NCBI GenBank assembly: GCA_963693365.1
Contig: CAVNZM010000005.1
Coordinates: 5,091,167 to 5,155,166, forward strand
DNA: 64,000 nt
DNA from: Amoebidium appalachense
Taxonomy: Eukaryota > Protista > Ichthyosporea
Direction of reading: 5' to 3'
The position numbers and the translations under genes were made by a program. The notes under the pieces are model-generated. The model saw nothing but the letters and a program-made list of their open reading frames with translations, searched no databases and was not told where the DNA came from. Shown here in pieces: positions 35,963 to 48,788 of the stretch. How positions within the stretch are numbered: position 1 is the first letter of the stretch; each line of letters starts with the position of its first letter.

Positions 35963-36654
35963 GGGGGGGGGGAGGGGGGGGGGGGACAGAGAGGCGGGGG
36001 GAGGAGGGGGAGGGGGTACTACGCGGTCTGTGTGCGAGCCTGTGAGTGAGTGACTGGGTGGTGAGTGAGTGATGAGTGTGTGTGTGTTGTGCGTGTCTGC
36101 ATACCGTGAGACATTGCCAAGCGTATGGCTTATTTATGCGAGGGGCTCAGTGCCTGTGTGTTCGTGTGAGGCTTTGTGTGGGATCCGGAGGGCGTCGGTG
36201 GGGTGGGGGGGGGGGGGGGGGGGGGGGGGGGGAGGGTGTAGAGGGGGGGGGGAAGGGGGGGGGGGGGGGGGGGGGGGGCGGGTGGGAGGGAGATATATCA
36301 GACGAGATATGAATGAAGAAAACGGGTTTGCCACGGTACAGTAGGAGATTATACATAGTACTCATGAGTTTGTCAGATGTGTAGGTGTTACCGTGACATT
36401 CGAATACACACAAGGTTGCTGCCTACAGTACTTACATTTCGAACCTTGTCCACATATGCTGGAACCCGAATGAAGTAAAGTCCATTGTGGGCGAGAGTAG
36501 CAGTCCACCCAATGAGCGGTAGCAACCATATTTGCAGCGAGTGTTTGCGTGCCTGTGCCACCTTCAGGCGATGAACATAAATGGCCAAACATGGATACAC
36601 AACACCCAAGACACATGCTGCCGCCAGCTGCAAGGCTGCTACTTCTGAATTCAT
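33702..36654 (-). CDS. Seven-transmembrane, GPCR-like orphan receptor (about 415 aa, 3 exons)
   Basis: Exons 36654-36436, 35772-35077 and 34037-33702 are phase 0, GT-AG. There are seven hydrophobic segments (LAAACVLGVVYPCLAIYV; IWLLPLIGWTATLAHNGLYFI; LMWYCIPLRQLAIVVGLLRVLACVY; AFFIVYLPFFPGFVAWVINIA; ICLYLLQFSYAVFGIALVMALYC; YFAMDLAFCIVYNIFTAV; IMGYVAWINLSLPVIESGLVLVLFF) followed by a Ser/Thr-rich tail. Confidence 0.75.
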
Positions 36655-36940
36655 TTCTGATTAAGAGCGCACGTGTAAGTAAATTCTAAGCGTTTTTGAG
36701 TATACGTATCCTCTGCAGTATTAATTGCAGTGACCACAGTCATCCAATGCCGTTCGAACAAACTTTATTGTGCCATCGTGAATACGCGGGTTTGAGCCCA
36801 CGGTGTTGAGCAAATCATATGGCCACTCGGCTTGTTTTTGGAAGAAGCTTCCCGCTATACTCTCACATCCATAATGTATTGTTCATCAAAATAATACTGT
36901 ACAGCTCAGTACTCGGACTCTTGTGCACGTGCATACCCAT

Positions 36941-36982
36941 ATGATTGGCTTGAGAAACACATCACTACAAAATTATAGCGCA

Positions 36983-37053
<71 letters not shown>

Positions 37054-37085
37054 CCAGCTGATACCGAGTGTCCCGAGGGGAGCCC

Positions 37086-37124
<39 letters not shown>

Positions 37125-37330
37125 GGGGAACCCCAACTAATTGATTTCTCCTTGTAGTCTTTATGGTGTCTCGCAGAGAAAGTAAACCCTGATATATAGT
37201 CACCACCCGACATCTATGTACGTGATCATGATATACCGCTGAGGGGATATTCCGAGCAAAACCCCCCCCCCCATACCTGAGACTGGTTCTCTTTGCCTCG
37301 AGTAAACAGCGTAAACCCCCATGTAGTATA
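36941..37330 (+). repeat. Second copy of the non-LTR element 3' end and downstream tail
   Basis: Direct repeat of about 42523-42842 (TGATTGGCTTGAGAAACACATCA...(CA)n...GATACCGAGTGTCCC...A-run...TAGTCTTTATGGTGTCTCG...CAGCGTAAACCCC), with scattered substitutions and indels. Confidence 0.85.
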
Positions 37331-37695
37331 TGCCATTAGTACCTGCATATATATTATCAGTTACTTCGAGTTCAAATAAATGGATCAAATAATACTGAAC
37401 TGGATGGATGCTGATACATCTGGTAGCTGTAGTCATCAAACGAGGGTATGTGTGTGTATCTACGTTCTCTATATCTGGGTATAGCGATAGCCAACGTGTG
37501 AGTTCTCTGCGGCTAAGCCTTTTGAGTGTGCGCATCCGCGGCCTGCGGGAAATAAAAAGGTGTACATATATACGGTGTGCCACACGACAAGTGACTGATT
37601 CGAATGGCAAAGAGGAATGCACCACTAGCTTTCAGTTGCAGTGATGGGAAGTTATGGTGACCAGCTGCAGGGTTTCAAATGTGAATCTCGAAGCC

Positions 37696-37745
<50 letters not shown>

Positions 37746-40252
37746 GTTGAGTTTGTGTGAGCTATGCATGAGATGCCGGCACCAAGGCCAACAGTACTTC
37801 CACCCAACAAAGTATACAGGTAGAAAACGACGTTATAGTAGGATACACCACATGAAGATATTATGATTTTTCCTCTGTATAGATCAAAACCCGCAATATA
37901 CCCGACCGACCGCTGCAGCTGCCCTGCTATTTTTTTCAAAACCGTGACACCCGACTCCGCTGATCTGATCACGCCCTGATTTCAACTGTTGAGTGTGCCT
38001 TCTAGCCGATGCTCGAAGCTAATTGATATAGATACTCGCTCTGTTTTCCATCTTTTCTCATTGAAGGGTAAGTGCTACAAGTCTACAGTGCCTCGAAATA
38101 AGGTAGCTGCAATCATCGCACCAAACCGCTAGACCCAGGCCCTGACAGGCTGACTTCAGAATAGAGATGCTCTGTGACGTCAATAATTGCAATCAAATTC
38201 AGAACCAGTGCGAACAATTTCGGAACAACGGTTTTGGAATTCACTCTCAGGAAACGATGAAATTCTTTAGATTCTTTGTCGAATGCTGTTCGCCACCAAG
38301 CGGCTGAATATGTATTTGATGTTCATACAGTGTTAAGATATCTACAGTATTTTATAAACTTACTGCTAGCTACCTACAATAAAGTCTTCTATAAGCATGC
38401 AGCGCATATGCCTAGGCACTTAGGGCGTCTTTGGCGGCGTCTTATTACCGTCCATCGACCGTCCTACGAATCGGCGATTGCGAATCACCAACTTCTATTG
38501 GACTATGCGCTCCAATAGCAACCACCGCTTCTTCCATTTTAAGCCTTAGTCGAGGATGATCCTATCGAGGATTTCAGGTTGCCCTGTGCGGCTTGTTAAG
38601 TCCTCGATTCCATAACGCCATCGAGGGCAAAGTTTGGTAGAAAAAAATTGTGCACAGAATGACGTCACTCCCTCGATGGCTTGATAGGATCGATGAATCA
38701 TGAATCGCCAGGGCGGCATTCATGAGGATTCATTGATGCTGCAGCATGGGTGACAACTCCGACCGGTTGTGTCGGTGGTATGCTATTATAGATACTTTTG
38801 GTCTTTTGGTACTAATGATGCATCGGAAAGTGTGCATATGGTGGATACACAGTCCAAATCCAGGAGCTCGTGCCTAGCTATAGACGTACTACCGTGTAGT
38901 ACCACCTGAACGCACATACAACCGTGAGCTCGAGCCTATGCTGCCGGAACGCCATGTCGATTTCTAACGAGCCTCAGTACTGGAAGATAATAAGACGATC
39001 AGCACCTGCACATTTGATGATAGGGAAAAAAGGAAGAAAAAAGGAAGAAAAGAAAATGAAGGGAAAAAATTCATATTGTGGGATGATGGGAGGAGTCAGG
39101 GCAGGCAGTGCCAGGAAGGATTGCGAATTCGAAGACTGATGACTTCATCCGAAATGCCATCATCGCGCAGCACAGTGAGTGTACATTCCAACTCATTTGT
39201 AACCAATCGAAACTGCACGAATTACATTCCTTCCCAAATTTATCCGACGAAAATATGCCAAGCGGAATGTGCTGAGCTTCTTGACCGCATTCCTTCCAAA
39301 TGTGTGGGAAATCAGGGACGTGAAGACTGAAGGCACTTTATGTAAGGCCAACATGACATCATCATGTGTGGAGACAACGGCATCATAACGCCTTTTCCTT
39401 CCCCTGCCCTCCCCCCTCACCCCCTTTTCCAGGTGTCAGTGTGTGCGTGTGTGTGCGTGTGTGTGTGCGCGCGCGTGCGGGTGCGCGTGCGCGTGTGTTA
39501 CGGTGTGTGTATGTCAGCGTACACGGTGTGTGTGTGTTGTGTGCGTGTCTGTGTGTGTGTGTTCACGTCTGTGCGTTTGTGTTTTTGTGTGTGTGTGTGT
39601 GTTTGTGTGCGCGTATGTATTTGTTTGTGCCTCTGTGTGTGCGTTGTTGTGTGTGTGTGTCTGTGGGTGTTTTGTGTGCGTGTGTGCGTGCGTGAGTGCG
39701 TGCGCGCGTGTGTTCGTGTGTGCGTGTACATGACGCGCGCGTGTTTGTGTGTGTGTGCGTGTGTACATGTGTGTGCGTGCGTGCGTGCGTGCGTGCGTGT
39801 GTGTTCATGTGTAATTACCACACAGCACTGACAGTACACTATAATTAGGGTGCTATCTATGTGCTCAGCTAAGCTAAACCATCGATCCTTCACAATCCTA
39901 ACAAGTACTGAAGTAGTACTGTCAGTGCTGTGTGGTAATTACACGGTAGTTCCCTCGAGGGCCCGCAAGGGTCCTCCAGGAACAAACCGGGATAAAAAAA
40001 AAAAAACGATAGGTGTTTCACCCACGTATATCTTGTACCGTAACTGTGAGTATGGGTAAAGCGGATCGGATGGACGCACGTAAGAGGAATACACAGCTGC
40101 AGGCTGAGAGGTTGAGAGCAATTGCACACCACACTTTCGATCGATGTAAAATTCCGATGATTTCAATTAGTAATCATATCTCCACCGTATCTCTTTGAGA
40201 GTCACACGAAGGCGAAAAAAAATAATTAAGGATGTAAAAATAACCCACGCGG

Positions 40253-42559
40253 CACCACGTGCAGCAAGCGTTTCCCATAGGAGAACAGGGGAGACAGAAT
40301 CGTAGGCAGTTTTCCAATCAATAAAGCCAATATATCGTGCACCAACTTGCATAGAATCGTGCAGTGCCATTATTTGAACATAACATGAAGTGTTCTTACG
40401 AAAAGCGGATTGGCATGGGTGTATGTGAAGAATAGATTGAAACCTAGGGTGATGTGCAATAACCTAAGTAAGCAAGCTTCAAAGAATCTACGAATAACCT
40501 GGGTTAGTGTGATGGGGCGAAAAGATGACATGGGGCCCTCAGAGTCCTTCTTAACTATGGGGATCATTAAGGTCTCTATAGGAAAAAGGAAAGTGATCGT
40601 GCTATTAAACCTGATCTTACTATTATGTTAAGCTCTCTCTTTTCTTGGTGTGTTAAATGTGGACATGTCCCGTCATCTTGTTAGATACCTTAATGATCCC
40701 CATAGTACTTTAAGAAGGACTCTGAGGGCCCCATATCATCTTTTCGCCCCATCACACTAACCCAGGTTATTCGTAGATTCTTTGAAGCTTGCTTACTTAG
40801 GTTATTGCACATCACCCTAGGTTTCAATCTATTCTTCACATACACCCATGCCAATCCGCTTTTCGTAAGAACACTTCATGTTATGTTCAAATAATGGCAC
40901 TGCACGATTCTATGCAAGTTGGTGCACGATATATTGGCTTTATTGATTGGAAAACTGCCTACGATTCTGTCTCCCCTGTTCTCCTATGGGAAACGCTTGC
41001 TGCACGTGGTGTACCACACTGCATTGGTGTTTTGTTAGAAGCACTCTTGTCTCAAACCTATGGTAGAGCTGTGGTTAATGGGCACCTTTCATATCGTTTT
41101 GCTCGTACTAGAGGTCTCTTGCAGGGTTCATTGCTTAGCCCCTTTTTGTTTAACCTATTTATAGATGATTTGGCTGTCAAGATTTATGCCGAAAATGATG
41201 ACCCTATTACACGGCCATCTAGAAACACACGTTTCTAGATGGCCGTGTCCTATTAATAACTTTCCGCCTGCACTTCTCTATGCTGATGATCTGTCCCTCC
41301 TTGCCCGTACCCCTAGACGCCTGCAAAGATTGTTCGATGTAGTGTCAGAGTGGTGCAAGGCAAACCTCATGATCCTTAACATAGACAATGTGGTGTTCTT
41401 GTACCTGATATAGCTAACAATTTACACATTTACATTATCATCTAAACCTGTACCTATAGTTCCAGAATACAAATATCTTGGTGTTCCGGTTAATTCTGTT
41501 GGTGTTATGCTTTCCCATATGGTCGAAAAGAGGGTAGAGCTAACTCGTAAGCGGTTAGCTTTCTTCTCGGCTAATATTATTAAAGACACACCCCTCCATC
41601 CTTCTAATAGACTTACATTTATTCACACTTTTGTCTTCCCGGCATGTGAATATGGTTTACCCCTTCTCGCCGCTTGGATCAAGAAAGAGAGAACTAGAGC
41701 GCTTAAACCCTTGGCAAATTTCCTTGAAGCAGAAGTTGCCTCCTTTCTATCTAACAACTGTTGTAAACCTGGGCCTGTAACGCTCTCGATATATGGTCTG
41801 GTCCCAATAGCTGCTAGAGTATCCCATCTCGCGCTGAAATTCAATAAGCACATAAGCCGCTTAAAGAAGTATTTGCCCTCCCACCCGTCTCTTCTCTATC
41901 CGACCTGTCCCCTCCTCACCTCTCCCCTCTTTCCTTCCCTCTCTCTCTCCTTCTCCCCCGGGAACAAATACAAATAAACCCCGCAAAAGTGTGCGTGTGA
42001 CTTTGGACTGCCACTTACTTATTAAACATTATCACAATCACAAGATAATCACGCAATATAACAAATTGAAAAAGATACCACACGACACTAGACCCGATGA
42101 AAGCAGACACCTTGAAAAACTAAGCCTTATGTCTCGTTTTATATATAATGACCGCCTCAACCATATTGCCAAATATGGCACTTGCAAATGTATAACACCT
42201 AAATACATATTACCTTCCTGTAGAACTGGTCTTTCTCTAGCTGATGGCCCAATATTGATCAATTACCACGCTTTTACTGTACACGTGCTATACAGTGGAG
42301 ATCTAATAAGTATAAGGTGGCATCGTTTGCATGCCCAAACAACACACACACACACCAGTTTAAGCGGTCATGTATCGCCAAATGTAGTTTGATAGACCAC
42401 ATAATACCGCAACACACACACGTCACATTCACAACAGACACCCAGAAAGATAGCCTACCTGAAATTTACAACATCCTTGATTTTATGAACACGCGTAACT
42501 ACGACCTGTTTATTAGATGTATTGATTGGCTTGAGAAACACATCATCACAAAATTCTAG

Positions 42560-42599
<40 letters not shown>

Positions 42600-42842
42600 G
42601 TACACACACACACAACCAGCGGATACCGAGTGTCCCAGGGGAGCCCGGAAAAAAAAAAAGATTTTTCTTAGTCTTTATGGTGTCTCGTAGAGAAAGTAAA
42701 CCCTGATATATAATCATCACCCGACATCTATGTACGTGATCATGATATACCGCTGAGGGGATATTCCGAGCAAAACCCTCCCATACCTGAGACTGGTCTC
42801 TCTTTGCCTCGAGTAAACAGCGTAAACCCCATGGTATATATA
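40253..42842 (+). mobile_element. Degenerate 5'-truncated non-LTR retrotransposon (LINE-type RT) with an inverted 5' duplication
   Basis: Frameshifted RT motifs LFSWCVKCGHVP, PIVKK...SSFRPITL, GFIDWKTAYDSV, RGLLQGSLLSPFLFNLFIDDL, LLYADDL, YKYLGV. A Cys/His-rich C-terminus ends at 42559. 40253-40579 is the reverse complement of about 40685-41011. Confidence 0.85.
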
Positions 42843-43364
42843 GTATGGGTTCGATGCTGCTTCGGGAATAAAGGACAACTGGCGTGATTTTAAAATTAAA
42901 GAATAATGGGTACGGATCATGAAATCGGTAAAGCGTGGGTGCCGATTCACATAACCATGTATCAGGATGCATCACCGCGATCCCCCCCCCCCCCCCGGGG
43001 GGGCCCGTGATAAATTATAGCAACCGAAGCATGATAAAGCCATATCTTACAATACTGATCTTTGATAATGTTTTCGTATAAAAACATACTCACCCGGGTT
43101 CCAGCCCCACGCTTGTACGTGTAGAGGCAGCTCTTGTTTTTTAAAAATGTAAGGTTCATGGAGGACGTCACCCTCTTGCAAGCGGCATCACCCAAGCAAC
43201 TATAATTAGATTATGTACCTGTCCTGCCTTCTCCTAAATCATAGTACCTATGATAATAAGGATAGATAATTCAAAATTATAATATTAATAACAATTACAA
43301 CAATAATAACAGTAATAAATAATAATAATAATTCTCAGCTGCAGTCTTTTTTTCCTACGGTGTT

Positions 43365-43600
43365 CTAAAGGCACATGTTCAAGACGTGCCAGGTTGCTGC
43401 ACACCTCTTGTTCTCCCCATACCTCTCTTCTTCCTCCGGTTCGGGGTCGTAATCGGTCATTGTGGCACCCTCCCCTCCACCTCTGCCTTCAAACCACAGA
43501 GCATAGAAACCAGCGAGGGTCTGATAGAGGGTGTAGTGGTGGTCTAGGGAGCCCGGAGTCTTTGAGCGTACGCTCTCTTCAGATTACATCGATTCAATGT

Positions 43601-43654
<54 letters not shown>

Positions 43655-43833
43655 CCCGGGGGGGGGGGGGGGGGTGTAGGAGCGAGCGTGCGCACTAATG
43701 GGGGGGGGGGGGGGGGGGGGACTTTTAAACATGGTACATGTGGAACAAGAAAGCGGAAGAAAAAAACAAAGAAACATAAAACGAACCTAAACAGATGCAA
43801 AAGGAAGGGACATGCTGGGGTGGGTTGCAATGG

Positions 43834-43910
<77 letters not shown>

Positions 43911-44165
43911 CGGTTGAAATGAGTCATTGATCAAGGGAGGAACTGAAATGAGGGTAAAAGGGCAGAGTAGGAAAGTTGCAAAAAGAGAAAAGCTGAGTGG
44001 AAGAGCCCCGGGTGAGGTGATGAGACAACAACAGATGATCGAATTTACCCTCCCCCTCACCCCCCCCCCCCCCCCCCCCCCCTCCCCAAAACCCCCCGGC
44101 AAAAAAAAAAAAAAAAAAAAAAAAAGGGAAGGGGGGGGGGGGGGGGGGGGAACCCCCCCTCCCCT

Positions 44166-44201
<36 letters not shown>

Positions 44202-44693
44202 CCCCATCCCCAGCATTTCCATAAGTAGAACAGACCAAGGAAGAAAAGAGAAAAGAAAGAGCCCAAGAAAGAAATGAAAACAATGAAAGTGAAGTAAAAG
44301 GAGAAAACGAAAGAGAAAGGGACTCTAGGGGCGCGAAAAATGGTTGCAAAGAACGGACATACCTCCCCCACAGTGCAATGCGGTTTCCAGCCAATCGTTG
44401 CAGGCCTTTATGGCCATCTCTGTAATCTGATCGGGTATGGGGGAAACACACTCGCCCTGATCCAAACGGGTAAGGAAGGCCTTTTCTGCTTCGGAATCCA
44501 TCGCTGCGAGTGTGAGTGTGAGTGTGTCTCTGTCTCTCTGTCTCACTCTCTCTCTATCTCTCTCTCTCAATCTCTCTTTCTCTCTCTCTCTCTCTCGTTC
44601 CCCAACCTCTCGTCTCCCCTCTCCCCTTCTCTCACACTTCCTTCCTCTCCCCCTCCCTCCCTCCTCTCCCTCCCCCCTGTGTGGGTGTATGTG

Positions 44694-44729
<36 letters not shown>

Positions 44730-45508
44730 TGTCTGTGTGTGTCTGTATGTTTGGTGCACATTCCTTGTGCAGCCGAGTGCATGTGGTCTGTTAGCAGTTG
44801 TGTTTTCAACCTTTGGTCTATTTTTTCGGTGTTCATATGAACACAAAGTTTTGCCGTGCGAAGCCTTTGAAAGTTACCTGGTAGGTGGAAGGGGAAAAAT
44901 AGGAAGACATTGGGTGAGTGGGTGAGTGGGTGGGTGGGTGGGGGTGGGGGAGGGGGGGGGGGGGGGGGGGGGGGGGGGACCCATTCATGCATGTAAGCGA
45001 ACACTTTCAATAGTTCTTGGTTCTAACCGATTTCCAGACACCTGGAATTTTTGAACATATCCATTTTTTTTTGGGGGGGGGGGGGAGGGAGAGTAAGTAG
45101 TGGGCTAGATGTTATACCTGGAGGCAGAGTGGGTGTCTTGTTGCATAGGTAGTAGTCTAGAAGGCTGCGGAATGAGACACGGGCAGTGCCTGTGTAAGTG
45201 TGTGTCGTGTATGTGTGTGTTAACGTGTGTGTACGTGTGTGTGTGCGTAGGTGTGTGTACGTGTACGTGGCCGTGCCTGTGCGTACGTGTGTCTGTGTGT
45301 ACGTGTACGTGTGTGTGTGTTTGTATGTGTGTGTGTGTGTGTACGTGTACGCTTATGGCGCGGGCGCAGGTGTGTCTCAGTCCTCGGGTGTGGGTGTGTA
45401 TGGGTTGGTGGTTGTCAATACTGATAGCAAAAAACATCCAGGAGTTCGTCGTGCAAGTGTGACTGCTTGTCATACATGACAGTAGGGTTGAACCATCATT
45501 CCCCCCTC

Positions 45509-45545
<37 letters not shown>

Positions 45546-46097
45546 CCCCCCCTCCCCCCCCCCCCCCCCCCCCCCTCCCCCCTTCCCCCTTTCCAGCAGC
45601 TCTTTATCCATCGGACCATCCTAGTGACTCTGCTTTGTTCCGTCATTTGTTTGTGTGTGCGGGGGGGGATGGGGGGAGGGAAGGGATGGAGGGAATGGGA
45701 GGCGGTTGGGAGGGGGGGGGAATGAGGGGATGTTGGGGTGGGGAGGGGGGGGGGGGGGGGGGGGGAAGAGGGGAGGGAAGTTTTCCGATGGAAGAGAAGA
45801 GTGGGGACGGAGGAAGAGGGGGGAGGGGGGAGGGGGGGAGGGTACTTGCATGCACATGTTCTGATCTAATATCCTGGAATGGTAGGGGGATAGGGGATGT
45901 GGGAGGGGAGAGGTGTGCATGTGCGTGTGTGCCTGGGGGGGGGGGGGGGGGGGGGAGGGGGGGGGGGGGGAGGGGCGCGGGGAAAAGGGGGAGGGGGGGG
46001 GGGGGGGGGGGGCAGCTTCACCTTGGAGAATATGGTTGACGACTGCTGCCAGAGACCTGAATTTCCCAAGGGCCGTTCAATGAAGTGTTGACCCCCT

Positions 46098-46142
<45 letters not shown>

Positions 46143-46461
46143 AAAAAAACCCAAACACACACACACACACGCACAGACTCGCGCACCACCAACACACCTG
46201 CACCCAATTCAACAAGCACAAGCGAAAAGGAGATAGAGATAGTTAACCACTGACAGCAGGCATGGCCAAAAAAAGAAGAAATAACTAAAATGTCATGAGA
46301 AGAGAGGGGTATAAACAGGGGAAGCGTACATTTTTAAATGAGAGCAGGCACACAGATGCACGTTAAGAGGCAGCCCCCCCCCCCCCCACCTCCCCCCTCC
46401 TTCTACCCACACCGTCACACCCACACGCCCGCACACCCACACACCCACCCAGCCAACCACA

Positions 46462-46497
<36 letters not shown>

Positions 46498-47097
46498 GGT
46501 ATACCCACCCACACCCACATACACACAGACACACACGTACACACAGACACACAGACACATGAAGGAAGGCTGTGAGGGAGAGCAAAGAGTGCAAATTATT
46601 GAATGAGTGTTGGAAAGCGTTAAGGGGCACCTATAATTGAGGCAAGCGAAGCCGATAAGTGGCCGCTAGATGTCTTTTTTACACTTTCTGGTTTTCTTTT
46701 CCAAAAAAAAAAACACTTCCTTGAAACAGTGGATAAGAGCACATCCTGATGGAGCCGGTTAAAGGAACGGAGGCCAAAAAGAACAACCCATGTATGAAGG
46801 GAGGAGGTGGAGGGAGGAGGGGGGAGGAGGGAGGGGAAGGGGGGGGGGGGGGGGAGGGGGGGTTGGAGGGGGAGAGCAAGAGTGAGAAGGAAGAGTGAGA
46901 AGGTGTAAAAAGGAACACATATAGAAAAGAGAATAACGACCAATTTAGAAGATTATAAGTACTCAATTGTTCTTTGGGTGTTTTGTTCTTCGTCTTTTGG
47001 TGTTTTATTCCTCAAACATTTTAGTCTCCCCATCTGTGTGCGTGTGTGTGTGGATGTGTGTGTGTGCGTGTGTGGACGTGTGTGCATGTGCGCGCGC

Positions 47098-47128
<31 letters not shown>

Positions 47129-47914
47129 TGTGCGCGCGCGCGCGCGCGTGTGTGTGCATGTATGTGTCTGCAAGCGTGTGTGTGCATGCGTGTGAAAGTG
47201 TGAGTGCCTGCCCATGGGCGAGTCTATGTGCTTGTGTGTGTTCGCTTGTGTTTATGAATGTGTGTTGGTGATGCCAAGGAGGGGAGAAGAGAAGGGAGGG
47301 GGAGGGGGGGGGGGGGGGAGGGGGGAGGAGAGGGGGGAAGGGGGGGCAACCAGTGCAGGTGTCAGCCCATTGCAGAGTTCTCAGTTGGGAGAGCATCCGG
47401 TCAAGGCCGGGCTGTGGGGCTGCTGCTTCAAGCGGATTGGCTTCCTCGTGGGCGGTTGCTAGGCGATGCTCCAGCTGTCCCATCAAAGCATCCAGCTGCA
47501 CAAAATGGTTGGTTTTGATTGGGTTGTATCTCTGGCGTTAAAGTGGCATGACTTGATATGAGCCTCAGGCACTAATTGCACTGATATGCGCCACGGTGTG
47601 TTTTACAGGCATGTGCATATAGATTTAATAAGGGTTGTGGATATTTTGGGGCCGGCAATGTTGACATTTCATATATCTCTAGATATCGATGGACATTAAA
47701 GACGTTCATACATTTGATAAATAAACAGATAGCAGAGGCTCCTGCCCAAGCGTAGTATTTTTGAAGTGTACGTAGTAAACACAGTGTATTGCACGGCACG
47801 CCTTATGTGAGTGAAAACACGTGAAATGATGTGGGTAAGGGAGAAAAGTCATAGACAAAGTGTTCTTCATACATAGGCAAAGGTAGGACCCCCCCCCCCC
47901 CCATTCCCCCACAC

Positions 47915-47946
<32 letters not shown>

Positions 47947-48736
47947 TTGGGGGCCCCAGGTTTAGAAACCAGAGAGGCATCAAAGACATCATAATGCGGC
48001 CAGGGAAGGGGGACATAGAGGCAACGGGGGTGGGGTGGTGGTGGTGGGGGCCCGGGGGGGGGGGGGGGAGGGGGGACCTGTCGGGAGATTTTTGCTGCAA
48101 ATGTGCGCTGTCTGTTTGCCTGCTTGCTGCTGCCGTGGTGCATCCGCATATTCATTGGACGGTTATCATACAGCATTGAAAGGGAGAGCAGCTATTGGTT
48201 GCTGAGGTAAGGCCTACGCATGAAAGTGACGCCATTTCATAGGCTCTTATGAAGGATTGGTGGAATATCACGATTCCGCTGATTTTCGTCTCTAGTGTGA
48301 TCTAGATCGACTCTTATTCATACAAATCCAGGGTTGGATATGTGTCCTCTGGGACAAATCTATGATCAATCCAATGGGTTCTTTAAATGCCATACTTGGT
48401 ATGTAGACCGACCATCATGGATCCACTAGCTGGGTGAATGCCCAAAGTTTGGATTCACACCCGCCTACCATACGTCCAGGTTTACGAGAAATGGGATGGC
48501 GGAGAGAGAGGGATGTGTGTGTGTGTGTGAACTTGGGCACGCGCACGTGCCATTTATGTGTGATTGTGTCTGTGTGCTTATGCGTATGTGTGGGTGGGTG
48601 TGTGTGCTTGTGTGTGTGTCGTGTGTGTGCGTGCTTGTGTGTGTGGGTGTGTGTGTGGGTGTGTGTGTGTGCATGTGTGCGTGCGTGCGTGCATGAGTGC
48701 GTGCGTGCGTGCGTGTGCGCGTGCGTGCGTGCGTGC

Positions 48737-48788
<52 letters not shown>

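Noticed and set aside
39135-39160. CTGATGA...GAAA hammerhead-like core
   Set aside because: Stem II cannot pair (C opposite C), and no convincing stems I and III were found.
46716-46750. Possible extra exon (CAG|GATGTGCTC...) in the unknown gene
   Set aside because: The flanking exons 47351 and 46056 already join in phase, and including it needs a phase change or a non-canonical donor.
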